A stretch of 64,000 nt of DNA from Protoeuglena noctilucae. Its lineage: Eukaryota. The notes beneath the pieces were generated by a model, which saw only the letters and a program-made list of their open reading frames with translations, did no database searches and was not told the DNA's origin. Shown here one piece after another: positions 49,701-62,215 of the stretch (the stretch's first letter is position 1; each line of letters begins with the position of its first letter). The position numbers and the translations under genes are program-made. The stretch spans positions 930,001 to 994,000 of the forward strand of contig OY253677.1 of the NCBI GenBank assembly GCA_958009085.1. The letters are read 5' to 3'.

Positions 49701-51465
49701 TCGGGTGCCTGCAGGCGAGACACGATGGCATGGCCAGCCACAACCACTTTGTCATAAGCACACACCCCAGCTGTGTCTCCTCACGCCCCGTGTCACCATG
49801 TGCACACACCCCAGCCCCGTAACCTGACCCCCATACCGTGTCCCTGTGCTCCGCAGTACGTCCCCGGCTTCCTCCTCTCGTTCCGCATGCACGTGGCCGG
49901 CCCCCACCGCCACTTCCTCCACTGGCCCCGTGTGGATACGGAGGCCGGGCGCAGGCGGGCCGCCAACCACGCCCTCGTGCGGGGGTGGGCCAGGGGCGTC
50001 GACCCCACCGCGCGACCCTCCCTGCGCGGCGCCTGCGCCGTCGCCGAGGTCATCCCCGCCGTCGTCTGGGCCGTGGCGCCCGTCATACGGTAACAGACAC
50101 AGCTGCTGGTCTGCTGCCCTGCATGACAGCTCTGGGGGCCGCCTCACACCTCACCCCCAACCCCACCCCCAGGCCCGTGCCCATGGACCTCCTGACCCAG
50201 CCCGAGCGCGTCCTGCTCTCTGAGGCGGCCGACACCCTCCTGGCCCTCGGCCTCAAGTTCGCCCCCGACCCCCACCCCGTCCCCAACGCCCTCGGCCAGG
50301 TGAGATGGCCAGGCAGTCTGCGCAGTGCTGACACCCTGCATGACGAACACAGCACGCTGACTGCATTGCCAGGAATTGGCTCTCGACAGCGACGCATGCC
50401 GTATCAACTCTCATCTCATGTGCAGCCGGACGATGGGGAGGACCTGCGAGGGAAGATCCGCTTCCGCCCCTGCACGCCCGTGTCCCTGGAGCCTCCCCTC
50501 GACACCCTGCACTGCTACGGGGGCCGACCGCCCAGGGGCCGGGAGGTCCCGCCGTCCGTGCGGTGAGGGGCACACGCATAGCCAAGCAGCGACACCCCCC
50601 GTGCGGCGGGCATCAGCCGCGGATATCAGTGACAGCTGGGTGGTGCTCTCTCGGGTTCGCTTTCCAGCTCCTCACACCCGCACCGTGCCCCACATGCGCT
50701 GCCTGACGCTGCCCTGAGTGGTGCCCCTGTGGTCGCAGGCAGCTGTTGACCCGGGCGGTCCAAGACGAGGCCATCCGACGCGCAGCCACGCGGGGCATGG
50801 CGGGAGAGGACGGACTCAGTCCGGGGCCGAAGCCAACGACCCCGGGGACGCCGCAGACCAGGGCCACCCCTGGCAGGGAGGGGACGGGGGGGTCACGGGG
50901 GCGCAAGAGAGCCGGGCAGGGCAGCACGCCCGGCACGCTGGCGTGGGTGAGAGTCGCGGAATGGCGCATTCCTAGGCGCGCAGCCACGGTGTCTCTCCGA
51001 GGCCGGGAAGCCTGGCACTGTGCTCTGGCACGCCGTGGTTGCCAGCGCTGTGCGTGTCTGACTGGGTTGCCCCTCCCCTTCGACCCTGGCCCAGGAGCCC
51101 AGCCGAGTGGTGGCGACGCTGGAGGAGCGCATGGCCAGCCACGCGCCGCAGCCCAAGCGTGCCCGGGTGGGCGGCGCGACGTGGATGGACCAAGCGAGGG
51201 AGCAGCGCCGGGGGGCCGAGTGGGGCGGGGCCGACAGGGGCAGGTGGGGAGGAGAGCTGTCTGGCACATGGCGTTGTGAAAAGGTGACGTGGGGATGTTT
51301 GTTAATCATGGACTGAGATATGCCATTACGCGCCTCGACTGCAGGCCTGGGGCCGGAGGTGGGGACAGGGGCGGGACGCGGGACACCGGGGTGCGGTTCC
51401 GTCACAACGAGGGCCTCACCAACGCCATCCGGCGCGCCGTGCGTATGCGGGATCTGCTGGGGTGA
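46713..51465 (+). CDS. CTF18: Chromosome transmission fidelity factor 18 (RFC-like clamp loader)
   Basis: LWVDKHAPK|RYTDLLS...NREVLAWLRSWD, Walker A CGPPGMGKTTLAH, EVNASDDR, IVDEVDG, RPVICICND, DVRACLHTLQF, C-terminal FRHNEGLTNAIRR. Confidence 0.93.
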
Positions 51466-51617
51466 TGGGACCACCTGAGGTGCTGGCGGGTGCCGGCGCA
51501 AGCGAGGGGCAGACCGTCCACGGGTCAGCCATCCGCTGCCCCATGAGCTGCGCGTCGCGGCTTTTGGCTGTGTGTTGTTCGCATTGTGTAGCCTGTTTCA
51601 CGGCACCGGATTTCAAG

Positions 51618-51622
51618 TGTAA
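51618..51622 (+). promoter_or_regulatory. TGTAA poly(A) signal candidate for CTF18
   Basis: TGTAA about 150 nt after the CTF18 stop. Confidence 0.45.
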
Positions 51623-51769
51623 GTGTTTCGCTCTGGCGGCCTGGGTCTGGCAATGCACGGGCCGCCCCATCCGGCTAGGGGAAGCTAGGAGGGGAGAGGG
51701 GGGAGGGAGACGGACACGTGCGGGCGGCGAGTGGCGCCGCCCGAGCACGCTCCTGCCGGCGGAGACCGC

Positions 51770-53341
51770 TTAGGGCGAGGGCACGAAGCGGCTGGCGGCG
51801 TAGGCGAACCCTGCGGGGATAACGCGAGGGGGGGGATTAAGACATGCAGGCGGCTGGTGTCATCGCAACGAGGGAAGTTGACATCGCGACATCCCAGCCA
51901 GCACGAGGGACGTTGTTATGACACCGACTTGTCCCATTCCCGCGCTTGCTCCACCGCCGCTCACCATTGTTGGTGCCGGGGTCGGCGAGGTGCGCCTTGA
52001 GGTTGGCGATGGGGCCCTCGCCCGTCACGATGGCCTGGACGAAGAAGCCGAACATGGAGAACATGGCCAGGCGGCCGTTCTTGATCTCCTTCACCTTGAG
52101 CTCGGCGAACGTGTCGGGGTCGTCGGCCAGGCCCAGGGGGTCAAACGCCTCGCCGGGGTAGAGGGAGTCGAGGCCCTCGCCCGCCGGGCCGCCGTTCACG
52201 CGGTACGCCTCGACGGCGCCCATGAGCAGCACCTGGGGGACAGGGTCGGGGCGAGGTGGTGTAAGATGACTGCTCCAGCAGTGCAGTCGTTGCTCATCAC
52301 CCTCATCGCCCCTGCCTTGCTCCCCAGCCCTCCCCGCGCTCGCCTGGCAGATGAGCGTGGCGATGATGCTCTTGGCGTGGATGAGGGCGTTGGAGCCGAG
52401 GTAGTTGAGGCCGTTGTCCTGGAAGATCTGGGCGCCAGCCTTGAACCACACGGGCTCAGCGAACTTGACGCCGTTGTCGGCGAGCAGCTCGGGCGTCACG
52501 CAGCCAAGGGCGCCGAGCATGGCCCAGCGGGCGTGGATGACCTCGAGCTCCCGGTTGCGGCGGAAGGCCTCGGGGTCCGCCGACAGGCCCGCCGAGTCCC
52601 AGCCGTAGTCACCGGGGAACTCGCCCTTCAGGTACGACGGCGGGTTCGTGAACGGGCCCAGGTACGTGGCGCGGTTGGGGCCGTACCACTCGACCGCGGC
52701 GCGGGTCACGCGGCGGGTGCCCTGGGAGCAAGGAGTGGGTGGGGCTGATACGTCGATCCGGTCCAATCCTGCCGACCCGCGCCATGCAGGGCGCAGCGCG
52801 AGCGAAAACGCAGATGTCGTGGCCGAGATCGGAGCCCTGGAGAGCGCGATCGCGTGAAAGGACGCCGGCCGAGTGCTTTGCACGAAATCTAGGTTCGGGC
52901 GCGCCCGCACGGCGAGGGACGCACAGCCACGCACAGCGCGGCCTACAATCGGCGTAAAGAACTCGCTTACGCAAGTCTCGAGACCCGATCCGAGCCCCTC
53001 GAGCCCGGGCCGAGGAGCGGGCATGTCCCGAATCGGAAAGCGAACCCATGCCCCGCACGCCGCGGCCAGTGGGTGAGCGGGGGGCGCGGTCGCGTACTCG
53101 GCTTTTAAAGAGCGGAACAAAGCGCGCAGGCGGTCCAGGGAGCGCCTGGGTCGGCAGGGCTGGGGCTGGAACCAGCTCTGCGCCGGCTACACGGTCCGGG
53201 CGGGAGCCCCATGCATGCGATCAGGCACTCGAAACGACTTCTGTTCGGAGGACGACGCGGGGGCCCGATCATGAGGACGAGAGAGCTCACCTTGCCGGCA
53301 GCCGCGGGGGCCGCGAGGGTCTTGCCAAGGAACGACGCCAT
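51770..53341 (-). CDS. LHCBM: Major light-harvesting chlorophyll a/b-binding protein of PSII (LHCII)
   Basis: [97 protein letters not shown]; 3 introns. Confidence 0.97.
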
Positions 53342-53753
53342 GGTCACTTTGCCGGATACGATCGAAAGCCGAACTCCCCGAGGACGGGGGGGCGAGCTGG
53401 GCAATAAGCCGCCCGGAGATCTGGGGAGGGTACTTTATCTGGCACGATGCGATCGCCTCCGGTGATCTGGGAGTGCGGTGGCGTGTTTACGGAGCTGCTG
53501 GTCCTATGTGGCTACTGATCCCACGGTGTTTCGGCGGGCAGCGAGCCAAGCATGTTTTAGGCAGCCTTGCGAGAGCGTGGCTGCGAGGCAGGGTACCATG
53601 AAGGGCAGCCTGAAAAGCGGGAAAGCGCTATCCGTCGGTATCTGTTTCGATGCGCATCTCACGAATCCTATGTCAGCACCAGCCTAGTCGTACTTGCGTA
53701 CTTCAAAGTTTCCGCTATGCCCTGCCAATTGCCCTCGCCCGGCGAGCCCCGCG

Positions 53754-56052
53754 TCAGGGCTGCCCCGCCACCAGCAGCTTCCCCCCCTGCACCGTCGCCT
53801 GCGTCAGGGGCACCCCCACCGCCCGCGCCAGCTCCACCAGTTTCACCAGCAGAGGGTCGGCCGCGTCCCGGCCCACCCCCGCGCGGAAGCGCTGCAAGGC
53901 CGCGGCCAGGTCCACGGGGCGGTACCTGTCCATGGCCACCACCGCCGCCCCCGCCGCCACCACCACCCCCACCAGCACCGCCACCGACAGCACCAGCCGC
54001 ACCAGGGCGCGCCCCACGGCCCCGGCGCCCGCCGCCACCCCCGCGCCCGCCGTCGCCGCGCCCCTGCTCGCCCCGCCGGCCTTGCCCGCCGCCCCCACCC
54101 CCGCGGGTGCCTTGCCCGTCAGCGCGCACACCGCCTCCTCCGCGTGGTGGGCGTGCTTGGACGCCGACGTGCCCCGCTGGTCCAGGAGCTTGGCGTGCCT
54201 GGAGAGGGAGAGAGCAGCGCGTAGTACGTGGGGATTGCAACGTATCTGTGCAACATGCCGGCTGCGGCATCTCTCTCGTGACACGCCCTCCCTCTCACCT
54301 GGCGCTCATGTCTCGCAGCATGGCCTGGACGTGCTTGAGCTTCACCTCGCGGGCCGCGGCCTCCCCGCCGGCCCCCGCCGCCAGGGCCCGCAGCAGGCGG
54401 CTCGACCCACGCAGGCCCGGCTTGTGCTTGCCAGCCCAGGCCTCGGCAGCCTCAGGGCACACGGCCACGGCGTGCAGGGCCAGAGGGGCCAGGTGCGCCA
54501 GGGACGGGTCGTTGACGCTCTCGGCACGCCGCTCAGCTGCGGGGAGGGGCGGCGCGGTCGGTGGACCTTCCATGCGTGGCATGCGGCGCAGGGACTACGC
54601 TGTTGGCAGCTGCGCGACGTGCCCGCAGCCACGCAGGCCGTGACGATCTCGGAGCAGAAGCCCTTGCGGTCCTTCTTGATGGCCCCCTCGGAGAGAGCGG
54701 CCAAAAGCTGCGCTGCCTGCTCGCGGCACGCGCGGGGCAGCGGCACGGTGGGGGCAGCCGCGTGGGCGGTGGCAGTGCCCGAGGGAGGCGGGGCGAGGGA
54801 CAGGGCGAGGGCGAGGAGGGCACCGGGGGGCGCCACGGCCTCGCCGATGCCCGGGGCCGCCTTGGAAGGCGCGGACGGAGCGGCGCGGAGGAGGGAGAGG
54901 GCCAGGGACAGGAAGGCCTGAGAGAGAGAGGGACACCGCACAGGGGTGGCGCTGTGCTTCGCTTGCAGGAATGGGGTGACGCGCATTGACTACCAAGTGT
55001 ATGCAGTGCATCTACCATGCGGCAGTCGTGCTGGCATTCCCCTCCTTGCCTGGGAGGCGGCGGCCGGCATGACCGCCACGGTCGCGGCATCGGGGACATC
55101 CACCTTGGCCCCGAGGGGGTCGAGGAGTGCCCCGGCGTACGAGGGCCCGACGACCTGGGGGAGGACGGCGCGCATAAAGAGCCCCAGGGCGGACAGGGAG
55201 CCCGCGGGGTTGCGTGCCATCTGGGGACAAAGAGATGGGGTAGCCATAAGGGAGGGGAAGTGGAGAGGTGGTGAGAGGAAACTGGGAGCCATGCGCATTG
55301 CCATGCGGGGGCGGACCACGCACCTGCTGCAGGGCGTAGACCAGGAGGGTGTGCGTGCTGGGCCCGGTGAGCACGGGCCCCAGGCGGAGGACCCCCGGCC
55401 ACGCGGCAGCGACGCCCGCAGGCGAGGCGCGGCAGAGTGCGGCGAGGGCCACGAGGGCGCCCGTCTCGAAGTTGGCGGTGCCGAGGGTGCGGGAGGCCCC
55501 GCGGAGGAGCGACACGGCCGCGGACCCCACCCCCGCGGCGTCCTTGCCCGCCAGCCACGTCTGCAGGCGGTCCCAGGGCTCCCTGGACAGGAAGACGGGG
55601 GTAAGGGCTGGGTCGCACGCGAGAGGACACTAAGCTTGGGTGGCATGTAATCAATTGCGGTGCCCTAAGGGAGGCTGCGAAATCTGCATGGCTGCGAAAT
55701 CTGCATGCGCCCTGGCACTCACTTGGGCACGGCCGCCACGGCGTCCACGTCGCCGGACAGCACGGCGGCCGGCTCCGTGGCGCAGTCGGCGAAGCACGCC
55801 ACGAGGGGCTCCAGGGCCGCCCCGACCTGCTCGGCCGCTCCCTTGTACTGCTTGTCGGCCGCGGCCATCGCCTCCGTCAGCGCGGCGAGCGTGACGCCGG
55901 CGCCGCACTCGGCCACCTTGCGCTTCGGGGCCGCCTTGCGGGGCTCCGCCGAGGGCTTCTTGGCCTGCAAGCAACGCGGTTGTGAGCTTGGCCGAGCCTG
56001 TGCATCCATCGCCCTTCCGCGCGCTCGCGCCGCGCCGCACGTGCCTTGGCAG
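53754..56052 (-). CDS. TMEM214 / DUF2359-family protein (5' end lost in gap)
   Basis: K-rich start, LLVYALQQ|MARNPAG...LGLFMRAVLP, AEAWAGKHKPGLRGSSRLLRAL, and a C-terminal TM LVLSVAVLVGVVVAAGAAVV. This matches the DUF2359 layout as I recall it. Confidence 0.6.
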
Positions 56053-56252
56053 NNNNNNNNNNNNNNNNNNNNNNNNNNNNNNNNNNNNNNNNNNNNNNNN
56101 NNNNNNNNNNNNNNNNNNNNNNNNNNNNNNNNNNNNNNNNNNNNNNNNNNNNNNNNNNNNNNNNNNNNNNNNNNNNNNNNNNNNNNNNNNNNNNNNNNNN
56201 NNNNNNNNNNNNNNNNNNNNNNNNNNNNNNNNNNNNNNNNNNNNNNNNNNNN
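56053..56252. other. Assembly gap (200 N)
   Basis: Run of N. Confidence 0.99.
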
Positions 56253-57595
56253 TGGTCTGCCGGGCGTGGCGGACGCGGACGGCGACGCGGGCAGCGGGGG
56301 CGGGGTCGGCTCCGACAGCGGCATCGTGGGTCGCGCGGCGGCGTGTGGCCCTGGGAGCTGCTCCCTCTCCCCGCGCGCGGCGAGGGCATGGGGCAGGTGA
56401 GGCGCTGATGGGCGGGTGAATGGGTATGGCCGCAAGCTGCACCAACTCCAGGCATCTGGGAGTGCCTCTTCGATGCCGGCACTGCCCTAGCGCGTTTCAG
56501 ATCTCTCAGACCTTTATTCCACACCGCCTCCCTCCACTCACGCACCTCCACGCATCCCTTGCTGCCCTCACGCTCCCCCGCCAGCCCTTTGAAATCCACC
56601 CTCACCCCGTTGCCCCCAGGCGCCCCGTCCACGAGGCCTTCGCCCCGGACGCAGCCGCCGAGGAGCCCCCTTCCAAGCTCCCTCGCCTGGCGTTCCAGAG
56701 GCCGCTCTCAGGGACCCCCGGTGCCAACGGCCGTGGGGACGTGACCCCCGGGCGCGGCGACAGCGACAGCGTGGGCGACGGCAGCGGGGGCGTCGAGGGG
56801 CGCACTCGGGGCAGACTCAGCGCGGGGGAGGTGCGCGGGCGCAGCCATTCGGGGGACGAGGGCCGAGTGCGGTCGATGCCGCGCGGCAATGCTGAGGGGA
56901 CTGGCAGTGTGGGGCCAGGCAGCCGCTTGGCCATGGGGGCGGGTGGCATGGGAGGTGGCTTCCTCAACGCAGCGGGGGTGGCTGGGAGCCTCGGGCAGGG
57001 CGCCCGGCCAGGAGGTGAGGGCGTGACTGGTGCGCATGTGTAATGACTGTTGCTGAGCCACTCGCCAGCTCCTGTGACTGTTGTTGCGTCTGTCCCCGCA
57101 GATGGCCGCATCGCTGGCCTCCATCGCCGCGGCCGCTCCCTTCTGGGCACCCTGGCTTCCGGCCCCCACTCCCACCCTCCATTGGCCAACCGAGGCCCTG
57201 CGCCCGCCCGCGCCCCAGCCGCCCCCTCGGCGCTGCCTTGGCCCTCCGCAGCGGCAGTGGACGCCCTAAATGCGGACGCGGCGGGGGCGGAGGCGCTGCT
57301 GGGCATGGCATCTGCCGTCGTGGCCATGGTGAGTGGCGGGGAGTGGCTGGGGTACAGGCGCTGCGTGACAGGAACAGCGCAGTGTTACTGTGGCACGCCA
57401 CTGCTTGTGTGACGATGCTGTGTTGACAAGGATGGTACCCACCCACGCGTGCCACTGCTGGCGTGAGCCCATCACCACGCGTGTGTGTCTCTGCAGGACG
57501 AGGATGAGCTGAAGGAGGAGATGCGGCACCCCTTGGATGGCCGCGAGGTGGACCTCTGTGCCATGAACGACATCGACGACATCGACTTCTCATAA
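56253..57595 (+). CDS. 3' portion of a low-complexity hypothetical protein (5' end in gap)
   Basis: Plus-strand exons with GT-AG junctions (PFEIHPHP...PPSKLPRL...). The last exon DEDELKEEMRHPLDGREVDLCAMNDIDDIDFS ends in TAA at 57595. Confidence 0.45.
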
Positions 57596-57846
57596 ACACC
57601 ACACCATCAACAATCAACGCTATCAACTGGCCATGGACATGGGCAGGCATGCTCAACTGGCAGTCTCCCTCTCCTCGACGCTGGCAGGCATAGACGGCAC
57701 ACGGCTGCTGTTTTGGGGCAAGTGGACAGTCCCGCCCCTTTTTGTTCGACGGCTGCAGTCATGCAGTGCGCCAGCAGGCGTGACGTCTACCCATGCCATC
57801 TGCGCCGCCCATCCCTTCGCTTACCTAGCCGCCCGCATGCCTCGAC

Positions 57847-57866
57847 CCATCCATCCATCCATCCAT
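57847..57866. repeat. (CCAT)5 microsatellite
   Basis: ccatccatccatccatccat. Confidence 0.8.
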
Positions 57867-58848
57867 CGCGCCAGAGCCTGTGCCTGGCATGTTTCAGAAC
57901 CGTTCCTGGTTTCCACGGCGGCCCGCGGAGCAATCAGGCCGTGTGGCTCTACCCACGTTCGCCTGTGCTCGCGGTGCCTTTTGAGCCTCTTGTGCCTCTC
58001 TATGGCCTGGACCTATCCAGCCTGGCTGCCCCGCGCGTTGGCACGGGTGCCCCATGGCTGCATGTCTACACCTAGCCCTTCCTACCCTAGGCACGCCCCC
58101 CGCAGTGGCCGTGGGCAGAGCACTTTTCCCAGTCTTTGCGACCTGCAGCCCGCCAGCCCTTCCGGGTCTGTGATGTGACCCGAGTGACGGCGAGGCTGCC
58201 CGCCATGTTTCCTTACGTTAACGCGCTCCTTTTGAAGCCTGACGCTACGGCTGCAGCTCCGACACACCAGCCTGGCAACTTTGGGTCGCTGAGAGCTGGA
58301 AAAAGCTTCGCGCTGTCAGCAATGTGTCATGCGTTTGTCAGCGTGGCAAAGCCCCCCCGTCGGGTCGCCGGATAGCTGGCAGGCTACCACGCCAACCCTA
58401 GGGCCACTGCCTGGCACCCGCGCATCGGCCGATGCTTCGTCTCATCAGTCCATTGTCGTCGCACGTTGGCTTTCGTTGAGCTGCCGAGCCTCGGCGTCTC
58501 GAGGAATGGTCTCCGCGCGTCTGCGGTGGGGTGTCTCGAGAACCTCGCGCACAGCGAGCTGCAGCGGGGCGCGGTTTCCACGCCATGTGCCATGTGTGGC
58601 GCAGGAGTGTGTAGCATTAGAGTGGGGCCCGTTTGCTGCGTGGTCGTCGCGCGGTTCCGCCGGGCGAGGACAGCGCAGTACCAGGTGACTACTCGCACTT
58701 GCATCGCACCCGAGGCCGGGCGAAACTGGCGGCTTGGCGCATAGGTAGAGCACTTGTCAATGTCACTCGAAGAATAGCGCAGCGTTGCAACAAAGAACTG
58801 GCCCTTGCCGGTCTCAGGGCGTGTGCGACGGGGGCGGCGCCCCCGGCG

Positions 58849-61235
58849 ATGGGAGTGTCGGTCGCGAGGACGCGCGACGCGGTGAAAGGGGAGGCGGGCG
58901 TCGATAGCAAGCAAACGCGAGTGGTGGTCCTGCTGCACGGGCTCGGTGAGGCACCAGCGGCGGCGCAGAGCTGCTTTTCGCACCGCAGCACGTGCCCAGC
59001 CACGCCTTCCCCGTCGCCGCAGCGCGCTCGTCCGGGTGCATGCGTGGGATCGCCGCGACGCTCGAGGAGCACCTCGCCCTGCACGGCCTCTCCGGCCCCG
59101 GCGACCGCTGGGTGGTCCTGAACATCGGCTACCCCACGCGGTCGGGGTCCCTGGAGGCGCTGGTGGGGCAGGCAGCCGACACAGTGCGGCGAGAGTGCAG
59201 GGATCGCGGCGTGGACATCGCGGGCGCGGAGTGGTTCGCCGTCACCCACTCCTTAGGCGGCCTCCTGGCGCGTCACCTCCCCTCGGCCCTGGGCGTCCCC
59301 TTCACGCGCATCGCCATGCTGTCACCGCCCAAGTGAGGCAGGGCCCATGCAGTGTCATCGCCACGCATGACGCAAGTCATACTCATGCCTAGCAGCACTG
59401 CACTGCCTGCCCGATCAAACTAACTGTGAGTGGAGCATGCGTCAACCCCCACCCCCACCCCGCCCCCAGCCAAGGCAGCACCCTCGCCCGCCGCCTCGTG
59501 CGCGGCGTCCCCCTCGTGAGCCCCGCCTTCCGCGCCCTCTTCGGCCCCGTCGCCGACGACCTCGCCCGGGGCGCCAGCACCGACGGAACCCCGTGGCCGG
59601 TGCCTGACGCGGCCGTGGGAGTGGTCATGGGCACGCGCCACCTGTCCCTCGCGCACCCCGTCTCGTGGCTCGCTGCCGCGGGGCGTCTGCTGGGCCCGGG
59701 ACCGTCGGACGGCACCGTGGCTCTGGCGGAAATGGCGCTGGGGGAGGTGCGGGGCACGTACGGCGGCCAGGGGGCACGCGTGTGGGGGTGGCCGGGGTAC
59801 GAGGGGCCCAGGTGAGAGTGTATAGATGCGTGGTGACACATTGAGACCTTGTTTTGGGGGGATTGTCGTTTCGTCAGAGAACAATGCCGTGTCTCTCAGC
59901 GCCTTCGCTCCCTTGGTAGCAGGCCCACCTCATTGCATCCCAGCCAACTACATCCCTCCTGCATAACAAGCCTCACCTGGCACTCCTCACCCTTCCATGT
60001 CCCCCAGGGGTGTGGAGGTGGAGGCGGCTGCCGTGCCTGCCTCTCACACCTTCCTGATGTACAACCAAGAAGCGCAGCTCCTGGCGGCGCGCTTCGTGGC
60101 CCACGGCACCTTCCGCGGTGCAGGGCACGCCCCGGTACTGCCGGCCACCCCAGATGAGAGTCGCAGCAGCGGTGGGGCGGGCGGGGTGTCAGGAAACGAT
60201 GACGACGAGAGGTCCCCAGGCATGGTGGCTGTGGCAGTGGACGGGGCGGGCGCGGCTGCATCCGGGTTCCCTCGCCCCCCGCTTCCGCACGCCCTCCGCG
60301 TGGGGGCGCATGCATTGCGTGCGGGTGGCGTGGTGGCCGTGCCCACCGACACGCTCTACGGCCTGGCGTGCGCGGCCACGAGCAAGGAGGGCATCCTGCG
60401 CCTGTACCGCATTAAGGGCCGCGACGGCGGCAAGCCCGTGGCGGTATGCGTGGGGGACGTGGCGCAGGTGGCCGAGTGTGGGGAAGCCGACCACCTCCCG
60501 CAGGCGACGGTCATGAGCGGTCATGGGGTGGAAGAATCTTAAGCGTACACTCATCAACATACATGTTTGCAAATGCCAACCATTGGTTACTCTTACTTTA
60601 GTGGAGCCTCTTGCTAACTTTGCCCCACACCTTGGCTGTGCTTTACTCGCCCCTTCCTCTGCCATCCCTCTCAGGGTCTCCTGGAGTCGCTGCTTCCGGG
60701 GCCCGTGACGGTCGTCCTGCGCCGCCGCTCCTCCGCGCCCCTCAGTCCCTGCCTCAACCCCGGCGTCCCCACCATCGGCATCCGCGTCCCCAACTGCCCC
60801 TTCATCGTCGCCCTGTGCCGCGCATATGGCGGACCTGTCGCGCTCTCCAGGCGAGATGGCTGATGATGAACAAAAATCGTGTGCATGGTGACACTGCACT
60901 GATATGCAGGTGCAACCAACAGGGTGGTCATTTGCAATCGCCATTCGTCAGTCACCATCATGCGGCTTCCTGTGCAGTCACTCTCTCCTCCTCCCCTTCC
61001 CCGCAGCGCCAACCGCAGCGGCGCCCGCAGTGCCCTGGAGGTCACGGAGTTTGAGGAGCTGTGGCCCCAGCTGTCGGCGGTGTTTGACGGGGGCCCCATC
61101 GCCAGCGGGCGTGCAGGGTCCACGCTGGTGGACCTGACCAGGGAGGGGCTTTATGAGATTCTCAGGGACGGGGATGCGAAAGAGATGGTGGAGGGCGTGA
61201 TGGGGAGGTTTGGGTGGACCAGGTGCAGCGACTGA
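58849..61235 (+). CDS. YRDC: Alpha/beta-hydrolase fused to YrdC/Sua5 (TsaC) threonylcarbamoyl-AMP synthase
   Basis: Hydrolase: VVLLHGL|ARSS, GYPTR, VTHSLGG, SPPN|QGS, SDGTV, ASHTFLM. YrdC: VVAVPTDTLYGLAC, LYRIKGR...KP, LLPGPVTVVL, IGIRVP, ALS|SANRSG, GSTLVDL. Both halves share exon 60008-60503. Confidence 0.85.
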
Positions 61236-61488
61236 CGGACGTGGGTGGGGTGCAGGGGCAAGGGTCGCGTGGACGGGTGCCCGTTGCTTTGTCCGTCAGC
61301 GACTGCGCTGCTTAGTGATCGACGGACACGATTGTCCGCGTAGTAGTGTGCCGAGCACACAGTAACCTTGCTGCGAGTCCAGCTTCACATCTCGAAGGGT
61401 AGCGGCACATCCTCGTAGCAGCCAGCCATTCAACCATGACACAACATACGCCCGCATCGTCCCAGCGTGGCCATCCATGCTTGTTGCA

Positions 61489-62215
61489 TCAGCCCTGCAC
61501 CACCTTCCCATCCTTCCCCTCGAACGTCACGCTGACCGAGTTGACGCAGTGGCGCGTGTTGGTCTCCGTGAAGCCCTCCCCCGTGAAGACGTGGCCGAGG
61601 TGGCCACCGCAGTTGCTGCACGTGATCTCCACGCGGCGCATCCCGTACGAGTTGTCCTCCGTGCTGCGGGCAACCCACAGCAAGAGATGGGGGATGAGAC
61701 GGGAGGTGCAGGGACCCACCCGCTGCTGTTGGATGCCTCTCCTCCCAGGACATTACTACGAATTCATCTGCTCCATTGAGAGCGCTACGTACGCCCTCTC
61801 CACCTTCAGAGCCCACCATACCCCAACCCCCTCACCGCTCCACCGCCCCGGGGAGCTCGCGGTCGAAGGCGGGCCACCCGCAGCCGCTGTCGAACTTCAT
61901 GGCCGACGTGTAAAGAGGCTGGCCGCAGCCCTTGCACTTGTATAAGCCCTCCTCGTAGAATTTGTTCAGCTTGCCCGTCCCTGCAAGGGGCGATGCGTTC
62001 ATCTCGCCACGGTGGCCTGGCCGACCCGCTTTACCCGCCCCACTACTGGTTCGTGTTCTGCAAAACCTACGAGGCCTGGCCCGTCGCCACGCCATTCCGG
62101 CCCCGCACTCACCCGCGCGCTCCGTGCCCTTCTCGCGCAGGACCTGGTAGTCCTGCGCGGACAGGATCTTGGCCCACGTGCTCTCGGGCGTCGACTTGTC
62201 CAGCTTCTCCGCCAT
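61489..62215 (-). CDS. MSRB: Peptide methionine-R-sulfoxide reductase B (Cys-type, Zn-binding)
   Basis: YQVLREKGTERA|GTG, YKCKGCGQPL, KFDSGCGWPAF, RVEITCSNCGGHLGHVF, RHCVNSVS. An in-frame upstream extension to 62398 may be a transit peptide. Confidence 0.95.

Noticed and set aside
3336..51465. Functional cluster of replication/cell-cycle genes (FEN1, APC1, CTF18) or of tRNA-modification genes
   Set aside because: The genes are far apart and interspersed with unrelated genes, consistent with chance.
61489..62215. Selenoprotein MsrB
   Set aside because: The catalytic position is Cys (RHCVNS) and there is no in-frame TGA.
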